From Gemmatimonadota bacterium (GTDB taxonomy: Bacteria; Gemmatimonadota; Gemmatimonadetes; Gemmatimonadales; Gemmatimonadaceae): a DNA stretch of 35,943 bases. The notes beneath the pieces are model-generated. The model searched no databases and was not told the origin of the DNA. It was given only the letters and a program-made list of their open reading frames with translations. This document shows, in pieces, positions 28,438-35,943 of this stretch. The first letter of the stretch is position 1. The number at the start of each line of letters is the position of its first letter. Position numbers and translations under genes: made by a program. The stretch spans positions 1 through 35,943 of the forward strand of contig JAYTNC010000185.1 in the NCBI GenBank assembly GCA_043748515.1. The letters are read 5' to 3'.

Positions 28438-29709
28438 ATGAGCCCCGACCTCTTTCCGTTCCTCGCCGCGGCCGACGCCGACGGATTCGACACCATTCTC
28501 CTCGCGCTCGTCGCGACGATCGCCGCGACGAAGCTCTTCGGTGAACTCGCGCAGCGCATCGGGCAGCCCACGGTCCTCGGCGAACTGCTCGCCGGCGTCG
28601 TGCTCGGCGGCAGCGTGCTCGCGCTCTTCGACCCGACGCAGCCGGTGCTGCACGCCTTCGCGGAACTCGGTGTGCTCATCCTCCTCTTCGAGATCGGACT
28701 GCACACCGACCTGCGGGCGCTCGCGCGCGTCGGTGCGACCGCGCTGACCGTGGGTCTCGTCGGCGTCGTGCTCCCGTTCGGCGCGGGAATCGTCGTCGCG
28801 CGCGCCCTCGGGCTCGACCTCATGCCGAGCATCGTCGCCGGCGCCGCGCTCACGGCCACCTCGATCGGCATCTCGGCGCGCGTCCTCTCGGATCTCGGCC
28901 AGCTCAAGACGCCCGAGGGACAGGTCGTGATCGGCGCCGCCGTCCTCGACGACGTCGTGGGCCTCGTGATCCTCTCCGTCGTCGCGAGCCTCGTTGCCGG
29001 CGCCGAGCTCAGCGTCGGCGGCGTGCTGCGCACCGCGGCGCCGGCGATCGGCTTCGTCGTGGTCGCGATCGCGCTGGGCAGCGTCGCCATTCCGCCGCTG
29101 TTCCGCCTGGTCGAGAACGTCCGCGTCACCGGCGCGCTCGGCGTGATCGCGATGGGTTTCGCCCTCGCCCTCGCCTGGCTCGCCGCGCGATCCGGTAGCG
29201 CGATGATCATCGGCGCGTTCGCCGCCGGGCTGATCCTGCATCCGACGCCGCAACGCAAGGAGATCGAGCGCAGTGCCACGCAGCTCGGCTATTTCTTCGT
29301 GCCGATCTTCTTCGCGTCGGTTGGCGCTGCCGTCGACCTCGCCGCGCTCGCATCGCGCGAGGCGCTCCTGGTCGGCGCCGCGCTCATCAGTGTCGGCGTG
29401 CTGGGCAAGATCGCGGCCGGCTTCGCTCCCTGGTGGTTCAAGGGGAGGAAGCTGCTCGTGGGCATCGCGATGGTGCCGCGCGGCGAAGTGGGGTTGATCT
29501 TCGCACAGATGGGACTCGCGGCGGGCGTGCTGACGTCGGCGAACTTCGGCGCGCTCATGTTGATGGTGGTCGTCACGACCTTCATGACGCCGCCGCTCCT
29601 CGGCCGCCTCGTCTCGCGTCGCGCGACCGCCGACGACGAGTCCGCGCCGGACGAGAGCGGTATCGACGACCTCGTGGTCGGCAGCAACAAGCGCCGCGGG
29701 CATCGATAG
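28438..29709 (+). CDS. Cation:proton antiporter (CPA2 / Na+/H+ exchanger family)
   Basis: 423 aa, highly hydrophobic. Motifs GELLAGVVLG, LLFEIGL, ATSIGIS, AAVLDD, FFVPIFF and MVPRGEVGLIFA. Confidence 0.93.
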   Translation: MSPDLFPFLAAADADGFDTILLALVATIAATKLFGELAQRIGQPTVLGELLAGVVLGGSVLALFDPTQPVLHAFAELGVLILLFEIGLHTDLRALARVGATALTVGLVGVVLPFGAGIVVARALGLDLMPSIVAGAALTATSIGISARVLSDLGQLKTPEGQVVIGAAVLDDVVGLVILSVVASLVAGAELSVGGVLRTAAPAIGFVVVAIALGSVAIPPLFRLVENVRVTGALGVIAMGFALALAWLAARSGSAMIIGAFAAGLILHPTPQRKEIERSATQLGYFFVPIFFASVGAAVDLAALASREALLVGAALISVGVLGKIAAGFAPWWFKGRKLLVGIAMVPRGEVGLIFAQMGLAAGVLTSANFGALMLMVVVTTFMTPPLLGRLVSRRATADDESAPDESGIDDLVVGSNKRRGHR

Positions 29710-29726
29710 GGTTGAGCCGAACTGCA

Positions 29727-29909
29727 TTCACCACAGAGGCACAGAGGACACAGAGCACGGCGGAGCGGTGCCAAGGCAGTACAAGGGGGCGCGGGAGACG
29801 GAACTCGTCTGCCGCGCCCCCTTCGAGAATGAGTTGCAGTTGCAGTGGCAGTTCTCTGCGTCCTCTGTGCCTCTGTGGTGAACGCCGTTGTCGATCACCA
29901 CAGAGGCAC
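29727..29909. repeat. Second CACAGAGG inverted element with internal GC hairpin, plus a third half-site
   Basis: TTCACCACAGAGGCACAGAGGACACAGAG (29727-29755) ... CTCTGCGTCCTCTGTGCCTCTGTGGTGAA (29854-29882). Internal stem AAGGGGGCGCGG...CCGCGCCCCCTT (29783-29823). Extra TCACCACAGAGGCAC at 29895-29909. Confidence 0.9.
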
Positions 29910-29916
29910 GCCAGAC

Positions 29917-30525
29917 TCAACGCGCCGCGTACAGGTTCGCCACGTCGCCCCAGTGCACCACGTTCCACCACGCATCGATGTAATCCGGGCGCCGGTTCTG
30001 GTACTTGAGGTAGTACGCGTGCTCCCACACGTCGAGCCCGAGGATCGCATGCCGCCCTTCCATCATCGGGTTGTCCTGGTTCGGCGTGCTCTCGATCGTG
30101 AGCGTCCCGTCCTTCGCGGCAACGAGCCAGGCCCAGCCCGAGCCGAAACGCCCGACGGCCGCAGCCTTGAACGCCTCGCGGAACTTCGCGAAGTCGCCGA
30201 ACGCCTTGTCGATCGCCGGCGCGACGTCGCCGGTGGGCACGCCGCCCGACTTCGGCACCATCAGGTTCCAGAAGAGCGAATGGTTCCAGTGGCCGCCGCC
30301 GTTGTTGCGCACCGCGCCGCGCACCGACTCCGGCACCTTCGCGATGTCGCGGCAGAGCTGGTCGAGCGTCCACGAGGCGAGCTCGGGCGCCTTCTCGATC
30401 GCGGCATTGAGGTTGTTGACGTACGCCTGATGATGCTTGCCGTGATGGATCGTCATCGTCTGCGCGTCGATGTGCGGCTCGAGCGCGTCGAGGGCGTAGG
30501 GCAGGGCGGGGAGCATGTGTGCCAT
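29917..30525 (-). CDS. sodA: Superoxide dismutase, Fe/Mn family (Mn-type signature)
   Basis: [39 protein letters not shown] and DVWEHAYY. The GGG plus NQD pattern is the Mn-type signature. GGAG upstream of ATG 30525. Confidence 0.93.
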   Translation of the reverse strand: MAHMLPALPYALDALEPHIDAQTMTIHHGKHHQAYVNNLNAAIEKAPELASWTLDQLCRDIAKVPESVRGAVRNNGGGHWNHSLFWNLMVPKSGGVPTGDVAPAIDKAFGDFAKFREAFKAAAVGRFGSGWAWLVAAKDGTLTIESTPNQDNPMMEGRHAILGLDVWEHAYYLKYQNRRPDYIDAWWNVVHWGDVANLYAAR

Positions 30526-30555
30526 GTGCGGACTCCGGTGCGGGTTCAGTGTCGA

Positions 30556-30597
30556 TCCTTCGTCCTCCATCCTTCAGCCTTCAGCCTTTAGCCTTTC
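30556..30597 (-). repeat. Six heptamers of the TGAAGG(A/C) family overlapping the dedA stop
   Basis: Minus strand reads gaaaggc-taaaggc-tgaaggc-tgaagga-tggagga-cgaagga. Confidence 0.8.
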
Positions 30598-31213
30598 TTG
30601 ACTTCCACCACCCGATGATCCCCGGCATGATGCTGAGGATGATGATGCCGATCACGAGTTTCTCCACCTGCGCTTCGAGTCCCGGCACCATCTTCACGAC
30701 GTAGTAGCCGGTGAGCAGCATCGACCAGATCCACGCCAGCCCGCCGATCACGTTGTAGAACACGAACGTCGGGTAGTGCATCTTGGCCGCGCCCGCGACC
30801 ACCGGCGCGAAGGTCCGCGCGAACGGCATGAACCGCGCCATGATGATCGTCTTGCCGCCGTGCTTCTCGTAGAACGCCTGCGCGGCCAGGAGATGGCTCT
30901 GCTTGAACCAGCGCGAGTCCGGCCGGCTGAACAGCGCATCGCCCGACTTGCGCCCGATCGCATACGCGATCTGGTCGCCGCCCACCGCCGCGAGCGAGCA
31001 GAGGATGCCGAGCGTCCAGACGTTGAGCGTCACGAGGCCGTCCTGCTGCGCCGCCACGAGGCCGGCGGTCACGAGGAGCGAGTCGCCCGGGAGGAACGGG
31101 AAGAGCAGCCCCGTCTCGATGAAGATGATCGCCGTGATGCCGGCGTAGCCCGCGGTCGCGACCAGCGTGTTGAGGTCGCGCAGCTGGTTGAACAGGTCGA
31201 GGAGGAAGTCCAT
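30581..31213 (-). CDS. dedA: DedA family membrane protein (VTT/SNARE-associated domain)
   Basis: IIFIETGLL.PFLPGDSLLVTAG, GD.I.Y.IGR, FYEKHGGKTII.ARF.PF.RTFAPVVAG and F..YNVIGG..W. Start at ATG 31213. Confidence 0.93.
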   Translation of the reverse strand: MDFLLDLFNQLRDLNTLVATAGYAGITAIIFIETGLLFPFLPGDSLLVTAGLVAAQQDGLVTLNVWTLGILCSLAAVGGDQIAYAIGRKSGDALFSRPDSRWFKQSHLLAAQAFYEKHGGKTIIMARFMPFARTFAPVVAGAAKMHYPTFVFYNVIGGLAWIWSMLLTGYYVVKMVPGLEAQVEKLVIGIIILSIMPGIIGWWKSRKAKG

Positions 31214-31249
31214 GAGCGCGAAATGTAGCGGGCGGACTAACTTCCCCGC
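31214..31249. promoter_or_regulatory. Putative compact bidirectional leaderless promoter (dedA / trmJ)
   Basis: 36-bp gap. TAACTT (31238-31243, +) lies 6 nt before the trmJ ATG and TACATT (31227-31222, -) lies 8 nt before the dedA ATG. No Shine-Dalgarno on either side. Confidence 0.55.
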
Positions 31250-31996
31250 ATGTCCGCGCTCGACAACGTCGTCATCGTCATCAATCGGCCGCAGGATCCC
31301 GTGAACATCGCCGGGACCGTGCGGGTCATGAAGAACATGGGGATTGCCGATCTTCGCCTCGTGCAGCCCGTCGCCTACGACCCCTGGCGGATCGAGGGCG
31401 TCGCGCACGGCACGCGCGACCTCGTCGACCGGATCGTCCACTTCGACTCGCTCCCCGAGGCCCTCGCCGACTGCGTCTATGTCGCGGCCTTCGGCGGCAA
31501 GCGCCGCGCCCATCGTTGGCCGCTCACCACGCCGCGCGAACTCGCGCCGGTCGTGCTCGCCAAGGCCGCCGACGGGCGGGTCGCCCTGCTCTTCGGACAG
31601 GAGGACCACGGACTCCCCAACGAGGCGATCGACCAGGCGCAGGTGCTCTGCACCATCCCCACCACCGAACACAGCTCGCTCAACATCGCGCAGGCGGTCC
31701 TCGTCGCGACCTACGAACTGCACCTCGAGGCGGGGGACTCCACGCGCACGATCGCGCGGCACAAGCACCACGCCGCCTTGCCTAAGCACGACGAATGGGA
31801 GCGCGCCCTCGGCGACATCGACCGCGCGCTCGCCGCGATCTCGTTCTACCGGACGCGGAACCCCGATCACATCATGCGCTCCGTCCGGTCGCTCCTGAAC
31901 CGCGCCGGTCCCGACTCCCGCGAGCTGACGCTCGTGCGGGCCATGGCGATCGAGGTGCTCCGCACGATCGATCGCATCAAACGCGGGCTGGAATAG
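31250..31996 (+). CDS. trmJ: TrmJ/LasT-family SPOUT tRNA/rRNA methyltransferase
   Basis: PQDPVNIAGTVRVMKNMGIADLRLVQP, VALLFGQEDHGLPNE and IPT..HSSLNIAQAV...YE, plus a TrmJ-like helical C-terminal domain. Confidence 0.8.
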   Translation: MSALDNVVIVINRPQDPVNIAGTVRVMKNMGIADLRLVQPVAYDPWRIEGVAHGTRDLVDRIVHFDSLPEALADCVYVAAFGGKRRAHRWPLTTPRELAPVVLAKAADGRVALLFGQEDHGLPNEAIDQAQVLCTIPTTEHSSLNIAQAVLVATYELHLEAGDSTRTIARHKHHAALPKHDEWERALGDIDRALAAISFYRTRNPDHIMRSVRSLLNRAGPDSRELTLVRAMAIEVLRTIDRIKRGLE

Positions 31997-32024
31997 GACC
32001 CGTAAGCGCGCGCGCGAGGCTCAC

Positions 32025-32053
32025 TTGCCATACTAGTGAGTGCAGGCCATTTT
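32025..32053 (+). promoter_or_regulatory. Putative sigma70 promoter of the act operon
   Basis: TTGCCA (32025-32030) - 17 nt - CATTTT (32048-32053). The -10 element is imperfect. Confidence 0.4.
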
Positions 32054-32071
32054 ACCGTGTCTCCTCGCGGC

Positions 32072-32089
32072 TTGTGAAATCGTTCACAA
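32072..32089. promoter_or_regulatory. Rex-type operator TTGTGAA-N4-TTCACAA upstream of alternative complex III
   Basis: TTGTGAA atcg TTCACAA matches the established Rex consensus. The palindrome extends to CGGC...GCCG (32068-32093) and lies about 45 nt before the actA ATG. Confidence 0.75.
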
Positions 32090-32133
32090 GCCGAACGGAC
32101 CGTTCGGAATTCCCTTTCATCCGAGTCTTGCGC

Positions 32134-32859
32134 ATGACCGGTCGCAGGAAGTGGGTCGTCATCCCCGGGTTGGTCGCCATCGCCTTTGCGGCGACCATGA
32201 TGTCCGCGTATGCGGGCTCCCAGTCCGCCGCTCCGCAGGCGCCCGCCGCCGGTACGCCGGAGACCGCGACCGAAGCGGCGAATCGTGACGCCTTCGGCAA
32301 GGCGAAGCCCGGCCCCTGGGCGTACAGCGGCGCCTCCGGCTACACGAACTATCTCGGCGGAGGCATCGGTCGCTCCCCGGAACAGCCCGTCAAGTTCCCG
32401 CATCCCGTGCACGTGAACTCGCTCAAGATGAACTGCGCGTTCTGTCACAATGCGGCGAACCAGTCGCCCGATCCCGGCCTCCCCGCCGTCGGCACCTGCA
32501 TGGGCTGCCACACGATCGTCGGCGCAGGTCGACCCGAGATCGTGAAGCTCGCCGACTACTGGAACAAGAAGCAGCCGGTCCCGTGGGTGCGGGTGCACAA
32601 GGTGCCCGAGTACGTGCACTTCCCGCACATGCGGCACGTGAACGCCGGCGTCACCTGCCAGACCTGCCATGGCCAGGTGAACAACATGTCGCAGGTCTTC
32701 CAGACCCAGAGCCTCAACATGGGCTGGTGCGTCACTTGCCACGTGAATGGCTATTCCCCCGCCGAGGGGATGCGCGCAGCGGGCTACGAGCCCGACTCCG
32801 CCACGCTCGCCTTGCCGCGCAAGAAGGCGACGTACGACTGCGCCACCTGCCACTACTAG
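32134..32859 (+). CDS. actA: Alternative complex III pentaheme cytochrome c subunit (cytochrome c3/c7 family)
   Basis: N-terminal TM and five CxxCH motifs (CAFCH, CMGCH, CQTCH, CVTCH, CATCH). PEQPVKFPH..H, W.RVH..P.YV.F.H..H and MGWC..CH, ending DCATCHY. Confidence 0.9.
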   Translation: MTGRRKWVVIPGLVAIAFAATMMSAYAGSQSAAPQAPAAGTPETATEAANRDAFGKAKPGPWAYSGASGYTNYLGGGIGRSPEQPVKFPHPVHVNSLKMNCAFCHNAANQSPDPGLPAVGTCMGCHTIVGAGRPEIVKLADYWNKKQPVPWVRVHKVPEYVHFPHMRHVNAGVTCQTCHGQVNNMSQVFQTQSLNMGWCVTCHVNGYSPAEGMRAAGYEPDSATLALPRKKATYDCATCHY

Positions 32860-32868
32860 GATCGCCTG

Positions 32869-35800
32869 ATGACCCCTGATACCAAGGACCAGTCGTCCGG
32901 CGTCAAACGCCGCGACTTCCTCAAGGTCCTCTCCGTCACCGGCGCCGCCACGGCCGCCATCGGTTGCACGTCCGGTGACGTCGAGAAGCTCATCCCGTAT
33001 CTCGTCTCGCCCGACCAGACGACCCCGGGCGTCTCCAACTATTACGCGACCACCTGCCGTGAATGCGCGGCCGGCTGCGGCCTGATCGTCGAGGTCCGCG
33101 ACGGACGCGCGATCAAGTCCGAGGGCAATCCCCAGCATCCGGTCAATCGCGGTGCGCTCTGCGCCCGCGGCCAGTCGGGCCTGCAGGGGCTGTACAATCC
33201 CGACCGCTTCCGCGGCCCCATGAAGCGCGAGGGCGGCACGCTCGTCCCCACGACCTGGGCCGAGGCGATGCAGACACTCGCCACGAAGCTCGGTGAAGTG
33301 AAGAGCCGCGGGCAGGGCGCGAAGGTCGCCGTGGTGAACCAGCACGAGCAGGGTTCGTTCCCGGCCTTCCTCGACACGGTGCTCGGCGGCTACGGCATCG
33401 CGCCGCACATCAGCTACGACGCCGAAGCACCGGTCGCCGTCGCGCAGGCCAATAAGGTCGCCTACGGCGCCTCGTGGCCGAAGATCGACTTCGCCGCCGC
33501 CTCGCTGATCGTCTCGTTCAGCGCCGACTTCCTCGACGGCTGGGGCCTTCCGGTCCCTCAGCAGCTCGCCTTCTCCGAGGCGCGCGGCAAGGTCGAGGGC
33601 GCTCCGCGCTTCATCTATGTGGGCGCGCGTCGCTCGCTCACCGGCCTCAACGCCGACTCGTGGATCCCCGCGCGTCCGGGCAGTGAGGTCACGATCGTCG
33701 ATGCGCTCCTCGGCCGCGGCTCGCTCGCGTCGGCCGCTGCGGCAGCGGGCGTGGGCGTGAATCTCCTCGAAGGCCTTGCCTCCGAGATCCGCGGCGCCCG
33801 CGCCAGCGCGATCCTCTCCGGTGGCTACGGCGAGGATGCCGGCGAACTCGCCTCCGTGGTCGCCGAACTCAACGAGCAGCGCGGGAACGTCGGCACCACG
33901 ATCAAGCCGGCCGAGGGCTACCTCGCGTTCGAGGGCGTCGCCGGCCAGGCCGAGATCCATACGCTCGCCGACCGGATGAACAGCGGCGACGTGCCGATGC
34001 TCATCGTGCGCGGCGCCAACCCGGCGTACACCTCGGGTGTCGGCGTCGGCTTCGCCGCGGCGATGTCCAAGGTGCCGTTCAAGGTCTCCTTCTCCAGCGT
34101 GCCGGACGAGACGACGTCGCTCTGCGACCTCGTGCTCCCCGATCACCACGCGCTCGAGAGCTGGGGCGACGCCGAGCCGCTGCGCGGCACGCTCTCGCTG
34201 CAGCAGCCGACCATGGACCCGGTCTTCGACTCGCGCGCCACGGGCGACGTGCTGCTCGCGATCGCGAAGGGCGACCAGACCATGGCCGCGCGCTTCGCGT
34301 TCGCCGACTATCGCGGCTGGCTCTCGAGCCGCATCGGCGGCAACGAGGCGCTCAAGAACGCGCTCCCGACCGCGATGATGAGCGGCAGCGCGACCGCGCG
34401 CACCGGCTCGTCCGCGCGCACCGGCACGCGCCGCACGGCGAGCGCGGAAGCCAAACAGGGCGCGTATCATCTCGTCGTCTATCCCTCGCCGACGCTCGGC
34501 GACGGCCGCGGCGCGAACAAGCCCTGGCTGCAGGAACTCCCCGATCCCGTCACCAAGATCGTCTGGCAGACGGTGATCGAGATGCACGCCGAGACGGCGC
34601 TCGCGCTCGGGCTTGTCGACGGCGACCTCGTCACGGTGAAGACCACCGCCGGCGAGATCACCGCGCCGGCCTTCGTCTACATCGGCATCCGTCCCGACAC
34701 GATCGCCGTGCAGCTCGGCCGCGGCCACTCCGCTTCAGGCCGCTATGCGATCGCCGGCGAGAACGCCTGGACGCTCGTCGTCGGCGCCGAGGACGCGCGC
34801 TCCGGCGGTCTCGCGCTGAGCTCGGCCAAGGCGAACGTCACCAAGGCGACCGGCAACCAGCGCATCGTCACCATCGAAGGCTCCGGCCGTCAGCATGGCC
34901 GCGGCATCGCGCAGGCGATCGCGCTGCCGGCACTCCTCGCGGGCGAGGAAACGCATCCGCACCTGTTCGAGGGGCAGGCGAGCACCGAGTTCCTCCCGGG
35001 ACTCCGCTCGCCCACGGCGAACGACGCCCAGGGCGACCTCGGCGTGCCGAACAGCAAGGACCACGGCCAGTACGATCCGAACCACTGGTCAGGCGCGGCG
35101 CGTCGCCGGTGGGCGATGACGATCGACCTCTCCAAGTGCACCGGCTGCTCGGCCTGCGTCACGGCCTGCTACGCCGAGAACAACATCCCGACGGTCGGCG
35201 CGGCCTGGCAGGGCGCGCAGATCCTGCCGGACCGCACCGGCTTCGGCGCCAACATCACGCGCTCGCGCGAGATGGCCTGGATCCGGCTCGAGCGCTACTG
35301 GGAACTCGACCGCGAGCCGAAGGACGTGAAGTTCGATCCGGAGCATCCGGACTTCGAGACGCGCTTCATCCCGATGATGTGCCAGCACTGCGGCAACGCG
35401 CCGTGCGAGCCGGTCTGCCCGGTGTACGCGACCTACCACGCGCCGAACGGCCTGAACGTCCAGGTCTACAACCGCTGCGTCGGCACGCGCTACTGCTCGA
35501 ACAACTGCCCGTACAAGGTCCGCTACTACAACTGGTTCGGGTACGGCGACCCGTCGCGCACGCAGTATGCGTTCCCCGAGCCGCTGCACTGGCAGCTCAA
35601 TCCGGACGTGACGGTGCGCAACAAGGGCATCATGGAGAAGTGCTCGTTCTGCGTGCAGCGCATCAAGGAGGCCGAGAACCGCGCCTCGCTCGAGCAGCGC
35701 GACCTGCAGGTGGACGAGTTCACGACGGCCTGCGCGCAGGCCTGTCCGTCGCGCGCGATCGTGTTCGGCGACGCGGCCGACGAGAACTGGTCGGTGGCCA

Positions 35801-35916
35801 AGTGGGCGAAGGACCGCAGGGCGTACCACGTGTTCGAGGAGCTCAACACCTTCACGGCGGTGGTCTACTTGAAGAAGGTCAATCATCCGGCGCCGTCGGC
35901 GTCGGCCACGGCGTAA
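32869..35916 (+). CDS. actB: Alternative complex III subunit B (molybdopterin-oxidoreductase-like domain fused to a multi-Fe-S ferredoxin domain)
   Basis: Tat motif KRRDFLK and lipobox-like AIGC. NKPWLQELPDPVTKIVW, and C-terminal CTGCSACVTAC, CQHCGNAPCEPVCP, CVGTRYCSNNCP, EKCSFC and ACAQACP. Directly follows actA. Confidence 0.9.
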   Translation: MTPDTKDQSSGVKRRDFLKVLSVTGAATAAIGCTSGDVEKLIPYLVSPDQTTPGVSNYYATTCRECAAGCGLIVEVRDGRAIKSEGNPQHPVNRGALCARGQSGLQGLYNPDRFRGPMKREGGTLVPTTWAEAMQTLATKLGEVKSRGQGAKVAVVNQHEQGSFPAFLDTVLGGYGIAPHISYDAEAPVAVAQANKVAYGASWPKIDFAAASLIVSFSADFLDGWGLPVPQQLAFSEARGKVEGAPRFIYVGARRSLTGLNADSWIPARPGSEVTIVDALLGRGSLASAAAAAGVGVNLLEGLASEIRGARASAILSGGYGEDAGELASVVAELNEQRGNVGTTIKPAEGYLAFEGVAGQAEIHTLADRMNSGDVPMLIVRGANPAYTSGVGVGFAAAMSKVPFKVSFSSVPDETTSLCDLVLPDHHALESWGDAEPLRGTLSLQQPTMDPVFDSRATGDVLLAIAKGDQTMAARFAFADYRGWLSSRIGGNEALKNALPTAMMSGSATARTGSSARTGTRRTASAEAKQGAYHLVVYPSPTLGDGRGANKPWLQELPDPVTKIVWQTVIEMHAETALALGLVDGDLVTVKTTAGEITAPAFVYIGIRPDTIAVQLGRGHSASGRYAIAGENAWTLVVGAEDARSGGLALSSAKANVTKATGNQRIVTIEGSGRQHGRGIAQAIALPALLAGEETHPHLFEGQASTEFLPGLRSPTANDAQGDLGVPNSKDHGQYDPNHWSGAARRRWAMTIDLSKCTGCSACVTACYAENNIPTVGAAWQGAQILPDRTGFGANITRSREMAWIRLERYWELDREPKDVKFDPEHPDFETRFIPMMCQHCGNAPCEPVCPVYATYHAPNGLNVQVYNRCVGTRYCSNNCPYKVRYYNWFGYGDPSRTQYAFPEPLHWQLNPDVTVRNKGIMEKCSFCVQRIKEAENRASLEQRDLQVDEFTTACAQACPSRAIVFGDAADENWSVAKWAKDRRAYHVFEELNTFTAVVYLKKVNHPAPSASATA

Positions 35917-35929
35917 GGGGGCGCGGACC

Positions 35930-35943
35930 ATGGCAACCCTCGC
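35930..35943 (+). CDS. Probable start of the next gene, expected ActC (NrfD/PsrC family); truncated by the window edge
   Basis: ATG 13 nt after the actB stop, with a G-rich RBS-like sequence. Identity is inferred only from the conserved actABC order. Confidence 0.4.

Noticed and set aside
25045-29909. CRISPR interpretation of the 29-bp CACAGAGG repeats or the 10-mer array
   Set aside because: The copies are inverted pairs or head-to-tail units without unique equal-length spacers, and no cas genes are present.

Overview
High-GC (about 70% by eye) bacterial chromosomal window. Gene content and protein style suggest Gemmatimonadota (inference). About 22 real CDSs are present. They include a lipoprotein zinc metalloprotease, dinB, and a tyrosine/homogentisate catabolic cluster (acetoacetate-CoA ligase, hppD, DUF1801, hmgA, flavin-reductase-like). 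Next come a class I/II aminotransferase, an unusual secreted amidohydrolase::PQQ-dehydrogenase fusion facing a Tat-subunit/GMC oxidoreductase pair, two S9 peptidases, an amidohydrolase and DUF502. The right end holds a diheme cytochrome c, speA, a cation/H+ antiporter, Mn-type SOD, dedA, trmJ and the start of an alternative complex III operon (actA, actB) behind a perfect Rex-type operator. No rRNA, tRNA, CRISPR, transposase or phage genes were seen. The most unexplained signals are non-coding: (i) a ~270-nt multi-hairpin intergenic element (10538-10810) with complementary loops that I cannot assign to a known RNA family; (ii) repeat-armed long hairpins filling all four convergent intergenic gaps; (iii) TGA-containing 7-mer and 10-mer arrays directly after stop codons; (iv) recurrent -10 boxes 6-8 nt before start codons (probable leaderless mRNAs); (v) a possible pseudoknot ahead of the antiporter.
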